Shown piece after piece: positions 21,649-33,377 of a stretch of 36,175 nt of DNA. The notes below the pieces were generated by a model. That model had not been told where the DNA came from and ran no database searches. It worked only from the letters and a program-made list of their open reading frames with translations. Where the stretch lies: contig JABANN010000050.1 in assembly GCA_013115125.1 (NCBI GenBank), positions 62,001 to 98,175 on the forward strand, given 5' to 3'. Numbering within the stretch: the stretch's first letter is position 1; the number at the start of each line of letters is the position of its first letter. The DNA comes from Perkinsus olseni. Its lineage: Eukaryota. Made by a program: the position numbers and the translations under genes.

Positions 21649-23714
21649 CTCAGACGAGTACTATGTAACAAGGAACTATCGGTAGAAATATGGAACGCAG
21701 AAGCTGACAGGAACGACGTTGAGGCCCTCAAGCGAGCATCCAACCGTACCACAAAATTCTAGACTCACCCGGGCCCGGTACACCGAGGGAGTTCAAATCT
21801 AGAGAAACGGAGGAAAAAATTACATTCTCGCTCGCCGAGAAGCTCATGGTAAAACTCGCTCGCCCAATAGTTCCCTTACGCATCGAAATGTGAAGGGAAG
21901 CGCAATCGTGATGTTAACCCACTGTGATGATCATACTGTGTACTCGTTGACGTTCCTCCATGATATCTTGCCAGCCCCAGCTCAGTTCTTGAATGATAGG
22001 GGCGTTATCTTCTTACGAGCGGGTCGTTGTTAGGGGTGTCTCAGCGAGGTGCGCTCCTCCCTGGGGCTCGTTGCGAGCTGTTACTCACGCCAATATCCAC
22101 AAAAACATAACCATAAAACTTTGGAATTCAATTTCTCACTGGGCTCATCCTTCCGAACTTTGGGAGCCAAACGTTAACTTGTCAGCGAAAAACTGGCCTG
22201 CGAAATCACTCACACCTTGCTGAATCACCCTTCATAACATGTCTTCCCCGCGGAACGGTCGCAGGCTGCTAATCGCGGCGACACTCAACCCAAGAAGGCT
22301 CCTGATAGAGCCGCGCAAAGGGTGTTGACTCGTGTTATCCAGCCGAAAGTGGCCAAGGTAAACAGCATGGGCTCCAACCTCAATCGTTCGGGAGCGCTTG
22401 GTGAGGATTAACAGTTCAACAACCCGGCCCAGGAACTTTATTATGTCCCCCGATACACCAGATATTAGTATTATTAGTGTGAGTATGTCTCCCGAGATTC
22501 ACCCAGCAATATTTCGCTCATCCTTACGACGCCCTAGGCAACCGCTTCATTCCGACGGCTACGCTTACTACTCCCACGCAACTCCGTCTGCTCCATTAAA
22601 CCCGTTGCCAGTTCTTGATACCGACACAGTTTCAGCACTTTGCAATATAGGCTATATTGCAAAGGCAGTATTATTGCAAGTATTCATTGTTATAGCATTT
22701 CTAAGTGCTGGAAAGTATTGAAAGGCTATATTATATAGCACTTCTCCAGTGAATGTGTCAAGACAAGCTGACTTGGGAAACTCCTCTTTCCTCTCCTTGC
22801 GTTCCTCCTCCTTCCTCAAAAGGTTATCGGCGCTAACTTATCACAGGATCGATGTCCCAGTGTTAAGCATCTACCCCTCGCTTTAATAGCTCTCACAGAG
22901 CACAAGGCCGCCTCGCCTGGCGGAAAACGAGAGACCTGTACCTTAACAGTCGTAGGAGCGTTGTGACTCACAACTTGTGAGGATGCCAATGGATAACCCC
23001 TCTCGACACTCGAGTCCAGAAAGCATCATTTACAACACATCCCTGGCTATTCTCAGCAGATAAGACTCCTTGTTTGGTCAAGAAATATATGACGTGATAT
23101 CTTTGATATCAGAATATCGTTAGCACTTCTGCAACCCGGCGACACCATTAGATTGCATGCGGCTTCCAAATACCGCTGAATACCCATCTAGGCGAGCATG
23201 ATGACCGACTTAGTTTTCCTTTTTCAAGAACCTCTCAACACTTCACGCTTCTACTCAACTTAATGCATGAAGCACTCCTCATTTGGTACAATAAAGGCTT
23301 TGTTAAGAAGACGAAACTATAATAAGTGAAATCGGATTCGACGTGACTTGTCTGGAACAGCACTACATGCGTACGACTGTCGTACGACGTCTTACGACAT
23401 GACCATCATTGTAAGGGAAGAGACCCGTATACGTAATGGTACGTTCAATCACGCGGGCAGGACAAAAACTAAAGATAAAATTAGACGGGGCTGGAGTAGA
23501 ATGATCCGAACATTCACGGCTTCAAAACTCGAGTTCCAATGCGTCTCTGTTGCGAACTCGAGTATCGGCAAAGCGGGCTACAGTTCAGACCGTAAACAGG
23601 TAGAATCTGCTGAAGCCCAATCCAGAAAATTGAATCGAACGCCCGACGATAAACGCGAACTAAATATATTGCTTTTTGTTCTATTAGCTGAGGAGGAGCG
23701 ATAACAAGAGGCGA

Positions 23715-25382
23715 CTAAAACGTGACAGGACCGACAGACCAAATAAGATATCTATGACTCCATCTTGGCCACCAGAAGATGAGGTTGATCCAGGCAGAGA
23801 AAGTGACCCCAGAGGAGAATTCCCACTTGTTCGGAAGATGGTCGACAGTAGAGGCTACGATGTCAAATACGATACTAGCACCAGCGATGAAGATCGAGTG
23901 GCGGACTCCAAGTTTCCCATAAGCCGTAACGGTATTCTTGGGCGCAGCAGTGCATCCGAGTTGACCAAGTATGGTCAAGTTGATGATACTACCGATGACC
24001 GGCAAGTTAACATCAAAAGAGATGGAAGCGTCAATGAACGCCGCGAAGGTTAGAGTATCGTTGTTGTACTTTACGCCGCCCTTCGACGTCAAGCATACCG
24101 TTATGGAGAGCGAGATGCCCTCGCCTAGCTCCCACACCACAGCACAGCCCGAAGCCTTCACACTGAGATCGAGCGCTAAGGTCTCCTTCTTTGGATTGAA
24201 TGCAAGCGCAACGTACAGGTAGAGCTGGGCCTTACGGTTTGGGTTGTGGACGTCAGGAAGAGTTATGCCCATGTTAAGATTGGCACTGTACAGTAGGCCA
24301 CCTGCATTGAATTTAACGAAGAGACAAAGCTTGTCCTTGTTGGTACTGTTTTGGCATGATGGAGGGTACTGAAAGTTGAAGAGGGTGATAAGCTGCCTTT
24401 GAGTGCCCAACTTATTGAAGTACACAGCAGCTGCTGTGCCATCCTCGACGGTGAAATAGGGTATGACTTGGGAGGAGCGTAGGCGACGGCGTGGCATCCA
24501 ATCAACCGCCTCAGTGAGCGCATCAGGGTCAGGGGGTATGTAGCCGGAGAGTAGACTCTCACGCATGCTGGAGAAGCTTCCATCACGCTCATCCATGGCC
24601 GTAGCAGCAGACAGTGAAGGGGTAGCGCCATCGTTGTGGATTTGATATAATTCGAGGAAGCGCTGGCGGGCTTGCGCCGAGGGCCTCAGACCTTCTTTCT
24701 TCTCGAAGTTAACGAGGCGCATTTCTTGGTGGACCACATGACCATGCCTACCGTTGGTGGCTATGATACTCAGCGGCTTTTCGTTCTTGTCGTCCATGTA
24801 TAGGGTCCAGGTATCCGGTGCAAGGTTTGCCATGTACATAGACGAATAGTTGAAGCCCGTCGAGTTGTCCATACCTTGAAAGCTCATCTTAACCCATTTG
24901 CTAACTTCAACACCATCCTTCTTCATGTTCCCGCTGAAGGTCCAGCCATCGTCTTCCAGCGACGTGGAGTCGGATAGCGTAGCAGGACGGCCATCAAGAC
25001 CAGAAGAGGTACTCCCAACGAAGAGTGCTTTAGCATTGGTGAGGCGTTCCACGGTGACGCTTTTTCCAGTCGAGCATCGCAGGAAGTATTGGTAAGGGTA
25101 GCTTGGATGAGCTTCTACAGTACTTTCAGACCCATCGCTGCCGATAATGACATGAGACCTTGTTGTGAGGGTGCCATCCTCCATACCGGGCAGGGTGAGA
25201 CCAGCAGTCTCCATAGCAATAGACTTGCTGCAAGCTGGTGGCCTCCCTTGGGCATCTCGAAGACCTTCGATGCAATGGCGTCTGGTCTCCAGCTGAAACC
25301 CGTAGTAGTGAGGGGTCCCCACGGTTGTACTGGCGAGGGAGCTCAGCAGGAGGGAGCTTGCATAGAGAATGGCGGTGTACAT
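23715..25382 (-). CDS. Intronless 555-aa secreted hypothetical protein with a beta-rich C-terminal half
   Basis: Long ORF; MYTAILYASSLLLSSLAS is a signal-like N-terminus; central RRRLR; Cys-containing, strand-like C-terminal region. Confidence 0.85.
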   Translation of the reverse strand: MYTAILYASSLLLSSLASTTVGTPHYYGFQLETRRHCIEGLRDAQGRPPACSKSIAMETAGLTLPGMEDGTLTTRSHVIIGSDGSESTVEAHPSYPYQYFLRCSTGKSVTVERLTNAKALFVGSTSSGLDGRPATLSDSTSLEDDGWTFSGNMKKDGVEVSKWVKMSFQGMDNSTGFNYSSMYMANLAPDTWTLYMDDKNEKPLSIIATNGRHGHVVHQEMRLVNFEKKEGLRPSAQARQRFLELYQIHNDGATPSLSAATAMDERDGSFSSMRESLLSGYIPPDPDALTEAVDWMPRRRLRSSQVIPYFTVEDGTAAAVYFNKLGTQRQLITLFNFQYPPSCQNSTNKDKLCLFVKFNAGGLLYSANLNMGITLPDVHNPNRKAQLYLYVALAFNPKKETLALDLSVKASGCAVVWELGEGISLSITVCLTSKGGVKYNNDTLTFAAFIDASISFDVNLPVIGSIINLTILGQLGCTAAPKNTVTAYGKLGVRHSIFIAGASIVFDIVASTVDHLPNKWEFSSGVTFSAWINLIFWWPRWSHRYLIWSVGPVTF

Positions 25383-26889
25383 TGAGAGATACTGCTTTTC
25401 TTATCAACTATGGTAAGAGGAGATCAACCATGCGTCTATCCAGCGAAAGGGGTGATTCAAGATCTCTAATCGAAAGCACCTCCGCAGCTCAGCTTGCCGA
25501 GTCGACAACAGCTATGAGGAGATCGTTCTTGCGTGCATGACGACGCCGCGCGCTGATGCCGACAGTCTTTCTGTACCAGCCCGTCCGTGTCAGCTCTATT
25601 CCGTGGCCTGTGGCATATTTCTATGCCCCCTTACTGATACAAACGGCTCGCTCGACGGCTCTAGATGCGCTAATCACGGCTTCGCAAGCGATAGAATCGG
25701 AGGAACCTCCCGTGCAAGAGCCGCAAGCTTAGACACTACTTCTCAAAAAGAGTTGCTCGTGTCCGAGTGACTCGTGCGAGCCAACCGTTGACACGTTCTG
25801 TTTGATGAGCTCCGTCACGCTATCCGGTCACCAAATTCGGGTATCAGTCCATCGGATACGTTCCACCTTGGTCCTTGGTCCTTGGCTCGAGGAAATCGGA
25901 CGTTCAGAGACAACGGCGGCGTCATTGACGTTAGGCTAGCGTCGCTAGCGGCTGCCTCCTATCATCGGAGGAAAATTCGCAACGCGTTTTACGGTGTAAA
26001 CTTCACACTGTTATTGGAGTTGTTGGCCCGTCATGCTACCGCAAAAGGTCACGATTCCTGAGGTCAATGCTGCCTTCTCGTCTACCATGGGAGTTAGGCT
26101 AAGGCGAGGACGAAAGTGTTGAACACAGCTAGGATGTACACGCGTTCGCTTCGAGAACCAGCTAGAATTCGCTTTGAGAAAGGAATCCCTTGGTGAAAGA
26201 GGTAGTTAGGCATTGCGTCTATTTAAGCTAGCTCATTCTGACCGGGCCAGTTTCTTGTTTCCTCACCAGCTAGCTGGTATGAGGAGCTGCGGATGCCTAT
26301 CCTCAGAGCATTGATTGAAGCTGCGCGGGTTCACCCTCAGCTACGCCCCTTACACAGTTAGCTGTGGCAGTGACGCGCATACGTTGAACCTCAACGATTG
26401 AGGGCCTTCCGCGCCTCGAAGAGGCTTTGGGTTAGGAGTCAATAGTATTGGCTCAATACTGGCACACGACGGGTGAGCATCACAGAGTGGCCAATAATTT
26501 GCTAACCCACGGAGTTAACCCGTACACTGGAGTTCCACCTGTTCAACGCATGAAACAGTGACACGCGAAGTGTTTTTCGCGATAAACGCGAGTTGAAAAA
26601 ACACTTCGCGTCATAACGCACGTGAAAAACGCAATAACGGGAAGAACGTTGACGAGATAACGCGTAATAACACTCAGCAAATGAGAATAACTCTGTCATG
26701 AAAACACGCAACAGAAGGGCACGTGCGCGGAAGCTGGACATAAGCCTGCAAGGAATTTTCGCGCTTTCAGAATTTCGACTAACTTCGATTCCCTGATCTT
26801 GTGAGGCAGGGTTCAGTAAACGTGGTGAGGGTACCATGGTGGGCGCACGGATGGCACTCGATACTGTAGTCATCGAGACCACGAACTAG

Positions 26890-28028
26890 CCCGGGAGTGA
26901 TTGACCCCGCTGTGGACTAGTAGGCTGTGGCTACTCATCTCCGAACGTTCATGTGGAAGTAAGTTTTCCAGCTACTGAACTGATGTGTAGATTTCGAGCT
27001 CTGGTTTGACATGTTCTTTGCGCGGATACGCGGTCAACAGCCGATTTGCACGGCATTGACAGGACTGGAATACGGCTCAACGTTGAGTCACAGCTGTACA
27101 TGTAGAACAAGAATGGCACGAAGCGAGGAGGCCTTCATTGCATGAGGAGGGCCCAAGACTGAATCTTCGGACGGGCAGCTGTTGTTAACCTCCCCCTCAG
27201 TCGAAGCAGCGAAAGAGATGGGCTCTTCACGTGTCGCGTGACGAGCTCTCTAGAGCCTGGAAAGCAGTTCAGCTGCACCCGCATCAATCCGCTCACTTTT
27301 CAGGTAGGCCAGCGGGTTTTGGTTTGTGACTCTGTCCAGAACGTCAACTCGGCCGTCACCCCGGTCGATGAGGACCGAGCATGGGTCGTGGTAGGGGAAC
27401 CAGGACCTACCCGAGCCGTCTGCCTTCTCGATACACCCAAAACTCGATCAGTCCATACTATGGACTCCATAGCGAGACGACATACAGTGTGAGTTCAGTC
27501 CCTCCGCCATCTCCCTCTACCGCTGCATTAACGATGTGACTGATCTTACTACGGAGAACCAACTGCATAAGCTCAACATCTGCATCATGACAACTACGGC
27601 ACGACAATCCTCAGCGGCGCTCACTCTTCAACACGGCGGTTCCTTCCCGAGTAACTCGGTCCCCGTCTAAGGCAGGAGAAGACACTGCCGAAAAAGCGGG
27701 CCTGGGCGGCCAGGTTCAAGTTTGACCTCCTGAACGATATCGATATCCCCACCTTCCAGCTTGAAGGTTCCATCGGGAAAGATGCTCAGCAGTCGAGGGC
27801 CTCTGTAGAATAAGCTGGGCCTGCTAGGTCTGAGCAGTACACCGCCGTACACCTTCTTAACGCGCTAGAGGACTCAGGATCCTACGCGAATCTGAGCTCC
27901 TCTCGCCCCCACGGTAGAGGTAGTGGCGGCTCGTTGTGCCTCTCGCTCAGCACGTGGTGTCGCTTAGATATCAGATCCGCTTTTCCTATCCTCTCTTCTC
28001 TATCGGCCGTAAAGTTCGTCTCAGGCAT
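26890..28028 (-). CDS. Multi-exon hypothetical protein; may extend further 3' toward ~25450
   Basis: Coding-like segments flanked by GT/AG: MPETNFTADREERIGKADLISKRHH, GPRLLSIFPDGTFKLEGGDIDIVQE, DGSGRSWFPYHDPCSVLIDRGDGRVDVLDRVTNQNPLAYLK. Full model not resolved. Confidence 0.3.
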
Positions 28029-28172
28029 GTCAAGTAATGTGAAGTACTGGTAAGGGTGGTGAGGGGGTAAGAGTGCTGGTAAGCGCTTGACGAGCACTCG
28101 ATTTTCACTGAAGCCCCGACGAGAGTGCCACTTTAGTTCGATTGAGAACTCAACGGCAATGAGGTGATGAGT

Positions 28173-29200
28173 TCACTGTTGAAAACTTATACTATAGCTG
28201 CCGGTAGAAGGGTCCTTAACACACTTGAAATTATCCGTCGACAGACCGAACTTGCCGAGGACCTGCACAAAGCCTTGCGAAGCTGTAATGTAGTGAGCGG
28301 CAGGAGGGCTCACCGTGTTGCCCAGATCCTTCAACTTGTCCACCATCTCCGCCTTCTCGCGTTCGAACTGCTCCTCCGCTGAGCAGCACCCGTGTACGTA
28401 ACCAGAGGCCAACTGATGTCCTTACCAGCTTTCTCTATCTTGCCGTACCGTGACCTGTTGGCTGGTGCCTTGATCCAGGAGGGATCGAGCTCCTGCAGTT
28501 TGTCTAAATCCTCCTTGCACTGGCTGTACTTCTCTGTCTCCTCGTAACTGACGCAGAGAGAGACTAAGACACCACTCAAACCGGGATGGGTATCTCTGTG
28601 ACAGGACAAGAGACGAAGCGGTGACTACCGAAAACCATAGTATTCCGGAAGGAGAGATCAGCAGCCCTACTCACGCGTTGGCTCGCCTCAGAAGCACTTT
28701 GGTGTAGGACGGATCCAACTCGAGGGCCTCAGTACAGTCTTCAATGACACTCTCCCACTCAGAAAAGTAGTGATGGCAGGCAGCCCTGGAAGAGAGGTTC
28801 ATCTTAATACGATCTCACCGTAGCCCACCTGTTCGCCAAACATTGAGCTCGTACTATCTTCTCCTCTTTGGGGCAAGTCGCATAGGCCTACCGACCACGA
28901 TCGTCACTTACCGTGGTTACAGCTCGCCAGGTCTTACCAGCGAATAACGATCCATCGCCAAGGAGACTCGCTTTGCTTTATAATGATCATTGCCTTCACG
29001 CTTCAGCCGTTGCGCTTCAGGAAGAGACCGATGCCCCTCGTCGGCCGCCTCATCCGAACACTCTAAAAAGCCTTCTATTGCCAAAGAAGGCGTCCTAGTA
29101 ATGGCGGGCTGTTGGTGTTACCAGAGAGCTCCCCCTCCAACTCCTCCACTTTCCCATTAAGGGGCTCGGAAGTATGACCGTCTTCCTTCACTAGAGGCAT
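28173..29200 (-). CDS. TTC1: Tetratricopeptide repeat protein 1 homolog, 7 exons
   Basis: The spliced product has TPRs (AQRLKREGNDHYKAK...Y, CLANRAACH...DCTEALELDPSYTKVLLRRANAYE) and the characteristic C-terminus EMVDKLKDLGNTVLGKFGLSTDNFKCVKDPSTGSYSISFQQ*. Confidence 0.93.
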
Positions 29201-29471
29201 CAAAGCGTTATAAAACTACTCGAAGGCAAGATGCGTTACTAGTGTTAGTTAGAGCAGCTTCAGTGGCCTTGTTTATCACAGAGAATGCATCGCAATTAGC
29301 GACAGTGGATGATCTCCGATCTCCTTTGACAGATGCCTTCTCACCATTCATAGCATCTCCTTCTTTTCAAATTAATATTTATATATATTGGTTATGCGTT
29401 ATATTCACATACTCATTTACATATGCCATACGAATAGATCTTTCATGCAATGCCATCTTATTCATCAATGT

Positions 29472-30350
29472 TCAATTCCTAAGAGCAGCATACTCCTCAG
29501 AAATTCCGTGACCAAACGAGGATCGCAAGGACTTGAGAATCTTTTGTCGCTGACCCCCGGACTCTTGCAACTCAACAATCAGCGGCACCCCTAAAGGAAG
29601 TAATAGGACGCCACCGGCCAGCATGGCGGCCTGTTGCCAGATCAACCATATTGTCGGCAAATGAGACAGTGTGTGGTGGGCGCAAATGTACAACTTCGCA
29701 ATCTGCACGCATGCGCAAATCGCTCCTAAAGCCGGAGACAAGTTTACACAGGCAGAGTGCAGGCGAAGCGGCGCTGGCCATCGCGAATTCGCCACTTAGG
29801 AAGGAATGTTATTAGATACAAGGGAGATAGTTGTAATGAACTGAACTTAGTGAGGGTTTCCGAAGCAACAGTCAGTCTCAGCGAGGCTGCGTTGTTCTCC
29901 TTACGAGCAGAAGCCAGCATGCTGCCCTCTGACGTAAGAAGAGCGCTCTGAAGTAAGGCATGACTCACAGGCAACTCGGAAGACCAAGCCATGTTGAACT
30001 CACCTGAACATGGCGGTCACAACCCTCTTAACGGCGATTGAAGTTTACGTTGTGGTGAATCGTGACTACTTCGCGGCAGCGGTGGGAGTCGCTGGGGACG
30101 TCTGAGACCAACAACTCCACTTGAATCGATCCGTATTAGGCCCGCCGAGGCCTTACCTGACTGAGAGCGTTCTCACTAGTGGCAGGGAGCAAGTTGTGAG
30201 ACTGCAGTACTCGAGGCGGCAGAAGGACCTGCTAAGGAGTACAGTCAGTCAGAGCGTCCACTACTAAACCCACCTTCCTGTCGGCTGCTTCGGCAGTGGA
30301 CGATGAAGCGCTAGTCACGGCGGCAGGCCTGAGAGTCTCATATACTGAGA
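29472..30350 (-). CDS. Possible multi-exon hypothetical protein
   Basis: Short coding-like blocks with splice signals (AEAADRK|, VLLPPRVLQSHNLLPATSENALSQ|, GVPLIVELQESGGQRQKILKSLRSSFGHGISEEYAALRN*). No family recognised. Confidence 0.25.
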
Positions 30351-30405
30351 GTCGCAAAAAGCTCTCCCGACGATAGGGGTCCCTTAAGGTTAGCGACATG
30401 ACCTA

Positions 30406-33377
30406 CTATGCGTACTTAGCATTTGTATGATGGGCTGCTGGTGCTGGATGATGACCCTTGTCCAAGCTGTCCATGGTCTCCTTGATGCGCTTGATCATCA
30501 TCTTGTATTTCTGAACAATAAACGTCAAGCGGTATCACGACCGCGGGGCGATAATTGCGGAGTAAATTACCCCTTTTTGTTTATCCGTTATGCTCGGCTC
30601 GTTCATCTTCGAGAGGAGTTTCCGAATGCTCTCCGTGCATTGCAGCAGCACACGCTTCTTCTCGTGCTCCATCTTCTTCTCTTTCTCAACCTGACAATAC
30701 CTCCCCTAACGGAACTCTACCACCACCCCTCCGCAGCCTACCACAGTCATCGAGCCCGAAGGGTTATACGTCAAGTTGCCTGTTAACGATGACCGTGCAG
30801 CCGTCGTCCTGATGAGCCCAGCAATAACGATCGCAAAGCGGTGAAGCTGCTTACCCTCGACCTCCGGCGCCCCAACCAGGTGGAGATCGCCGTACCTGCA
30901 ATGGCCTCGTTCTCAAAGTGAACAAACCTATCACCATTACCCGATCATAAGCAGTAGGTGGTGGTGGCGGCGGAGGAGGAGGTGGAGGGGGAGGTACACC
31001 AGCCTGGCCAGCGTAGCAGCTGGCTGAGCTCCACGCCGTAGCATCTGATGAGCATACACAGCGATAACGCATTACGTGAATCGTAGGTCGATGGCAGTCC
31101 ATCACGCGATGCACTATCCCTTCTTTGCTTACCAGCAGGGGGTGGCGGAGGTGGTGGTGCTGGTACCTGAAGCGAATAAGGCTTGCTATAATTCTTTTGT
31201 CCAGGACCTTCGAGCAATACATCCCGACTGTTCACGCGTAATACAGGAATGAATCACAAGTGTATAGTGTCCAGTGATACAGTGTCGTTCACTGCAGCAA
31301 CCCACGATACACTGACGAGTCTACAGTGTCCAACGAGTCATACAGTCGTTATCCAGACAACAGTAACTCGAACAGTTCCAAGCCGTACAGTGATAAGTTG
31401 TACAGTGACAGTCGGTACAGTTTCCAGTGATACAGTGTCGTTCAGTGCAGTACGATTCGCAACCCATTGATCATCATATATCACCATTCTCGCCCTCAAT
31501 TCCACACGGAAGCCTGCGACCCTCAACCTACCGAGTTTTGCCCTCGTCTTGGTACCAGAGTGACCTTCCCTTGGCAAGTGCGCCTGACACGGTAGAGTAG
31601 AGGACTACGCTCATCCTAACGCTCGGAGAGGTACCCCTTAACAGCGTTGTTCACTGGAACAGCGTCTGCTCCCCCTGGGCAACGTTTTGCTGTACCAGTC
31701 ACTTCGGCACCTACAACAGCATTCTTCAACTCACCGTAGATAGCAAAGTGAGAACGGCAAGTCAAATTCCGTAATGTCGCGCGGAAGAGTCCAAACCGAG
31801 TAGCGTAGGCCATCTGCACGGCCAGGTTTGCACTATCGTAGCTCTCGATGAAAACAACGGGTATTAATTACTGACACCCCATTCGCCGTACCTCCACCAC
31901 CTGCTGCTGCGGTCTGGTCCGACTCCTCCGCTGGTGCACTGCCGCTGACGCTCTGGCGAACCGACAACAGATAATCGACGAATCTGTCAGATACCAAGTT
32001 GAGCGTGAAATTCCCTAGACCCCTGTACTACTCATCCACCGCTTCATGGCCGCCTATGATGGGCTCCAAGTCAGCTAGCTCCTCCAGCATCGCTTTCTAA
32101 TGATACAAAAAGCAGTCGAGCACCCTCCATCATCTACCAACGAGGCAAGAACGCTGCAGTGATCAATAGTGATACTTCGTGTGAACCCATTCGTGAGCAG
32201 CACAGTACCGCAATGCAGCCTATCGAGATCGAAACAACTCCTGCTGACAGCATGCGACCGAAGCTCATATCCAGCTCACCTTGTCTGCGTATTTCTCAGA
32301 GTCTTCTAACAGAACCTGAAGGGATACATAGCGCACTGCTCCCCACAGACGTTGAGAGAACTTCGACCCCAGGTTATGCTCGGCACAGTCTCCCACCATG
32401 GCAAGCATACTGATGAGCGAAGCGAGTGGCTACATTCTTTCTCTCTCACAGTTTCACCCCATGAATGCCTCACAGGAATTCGGGGATTTACGGTATCGTC
32501 AGTCGGGAATGAGCACTTGAATGTTTTCGTACGGCAGTTTATCGAGTTCTCGAGCGATTCCCAAAGTTGTCCTACTACTACCTGCCCAACTTCTGCAATA
32601 ATTTCGAGCCGCTCATCATCACCATTGCCCTGGAAGTGCTTCCACACATAATCATGCACCTCAGATACGGCTTCCACAGGGAACTGTGACGCCGTCTCAG
32701 CGTCTGCTGCTGGTGCGGAGGAGGCCCTGAAGGCGACGAACGATCAGAATTACGTCCCGCAACGGCACACGGACGTATTAATGAGGCTGTTATAAGACTG
32801 AATCCACTCAATAGCTCACCCGGCAGAGTTGGCATCCACCGCTTCATTCGTTTCTGCTGACGCCGCTTGCTCTACGCTAGCCTTGGGCTGAGAAGTGATT
32901 TCGCCTCACTCGAACTACAAATCGACGAAGCGAAGCGAGTCACCTTCTGAGTATCATCCGCTACATTGGCTGTTCTGCTGGGGCTCCAGCTCCGTTCCGA
33001 CGCCCATTCACACGCGCCGACCGACCCATCACCTGACACTCCCATCTAGACCACAGAGACCGACCAGCGAGCAATAAAATCTACGCCTATGGGAAGATTC
33101 CGTGCATGGCACAGGCGACCGGAGCGCAAGTGGGACGAGGAAGAAAGTCCGATTCACGAAACTAGCTGTGTCAAATTCAGCGTTGGCTCAGCAACTTGTC
33201 TGGGCACTAGCGACAGTCCTCATTCCCCCTGCAGAAGCCAGGCTAGTGAGGATACGATGATTCCAGCTCCTTCATAATTCCCAAAAGCTTCCCATCATTC
33301 GAGCCGCAGTCTGCTGAACCCGCGTCATGTGCTACGCCCCCATTACTACTCAGAGACTCCAAACCAGCCTCGCCCAT
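30406..33377 (-). CDS. Multi-exon protein with a PWI-like helical region, poly-Pro segments and a C-terminal coiled coil (RBM26/27-like architecture, tentative)
   Basis: Exons EVHDYVWKHFQGNGDDERLEIIAE, KAMLEELADLEPIIGGHEAVDE|FVDYLLSVRQ, VPAPPPPPPPA, GVPPPPPPPPPPPPTAYDR and EKEKMEHEKKRVLLQCTESIRKLLSKMNEPSITDKQK|KYKMMIKRIKETMDSLDK...YA*. The family call is by resemblance only and the start is uncertain. Confidence 0.4.

Noticed and set aside
21765-21805. tRNA-like B-box GAGTTCAAATC
   Set aside because: No cloverleaf or matching A-box could be folded.
21900-23700. Possible additional spliced minus-strand gene
   Set aside because: Some exon-like pieces (e.g. LRKEEERKERKEEFPKSACLDTF) are present, but no consistent model or recognisable family.
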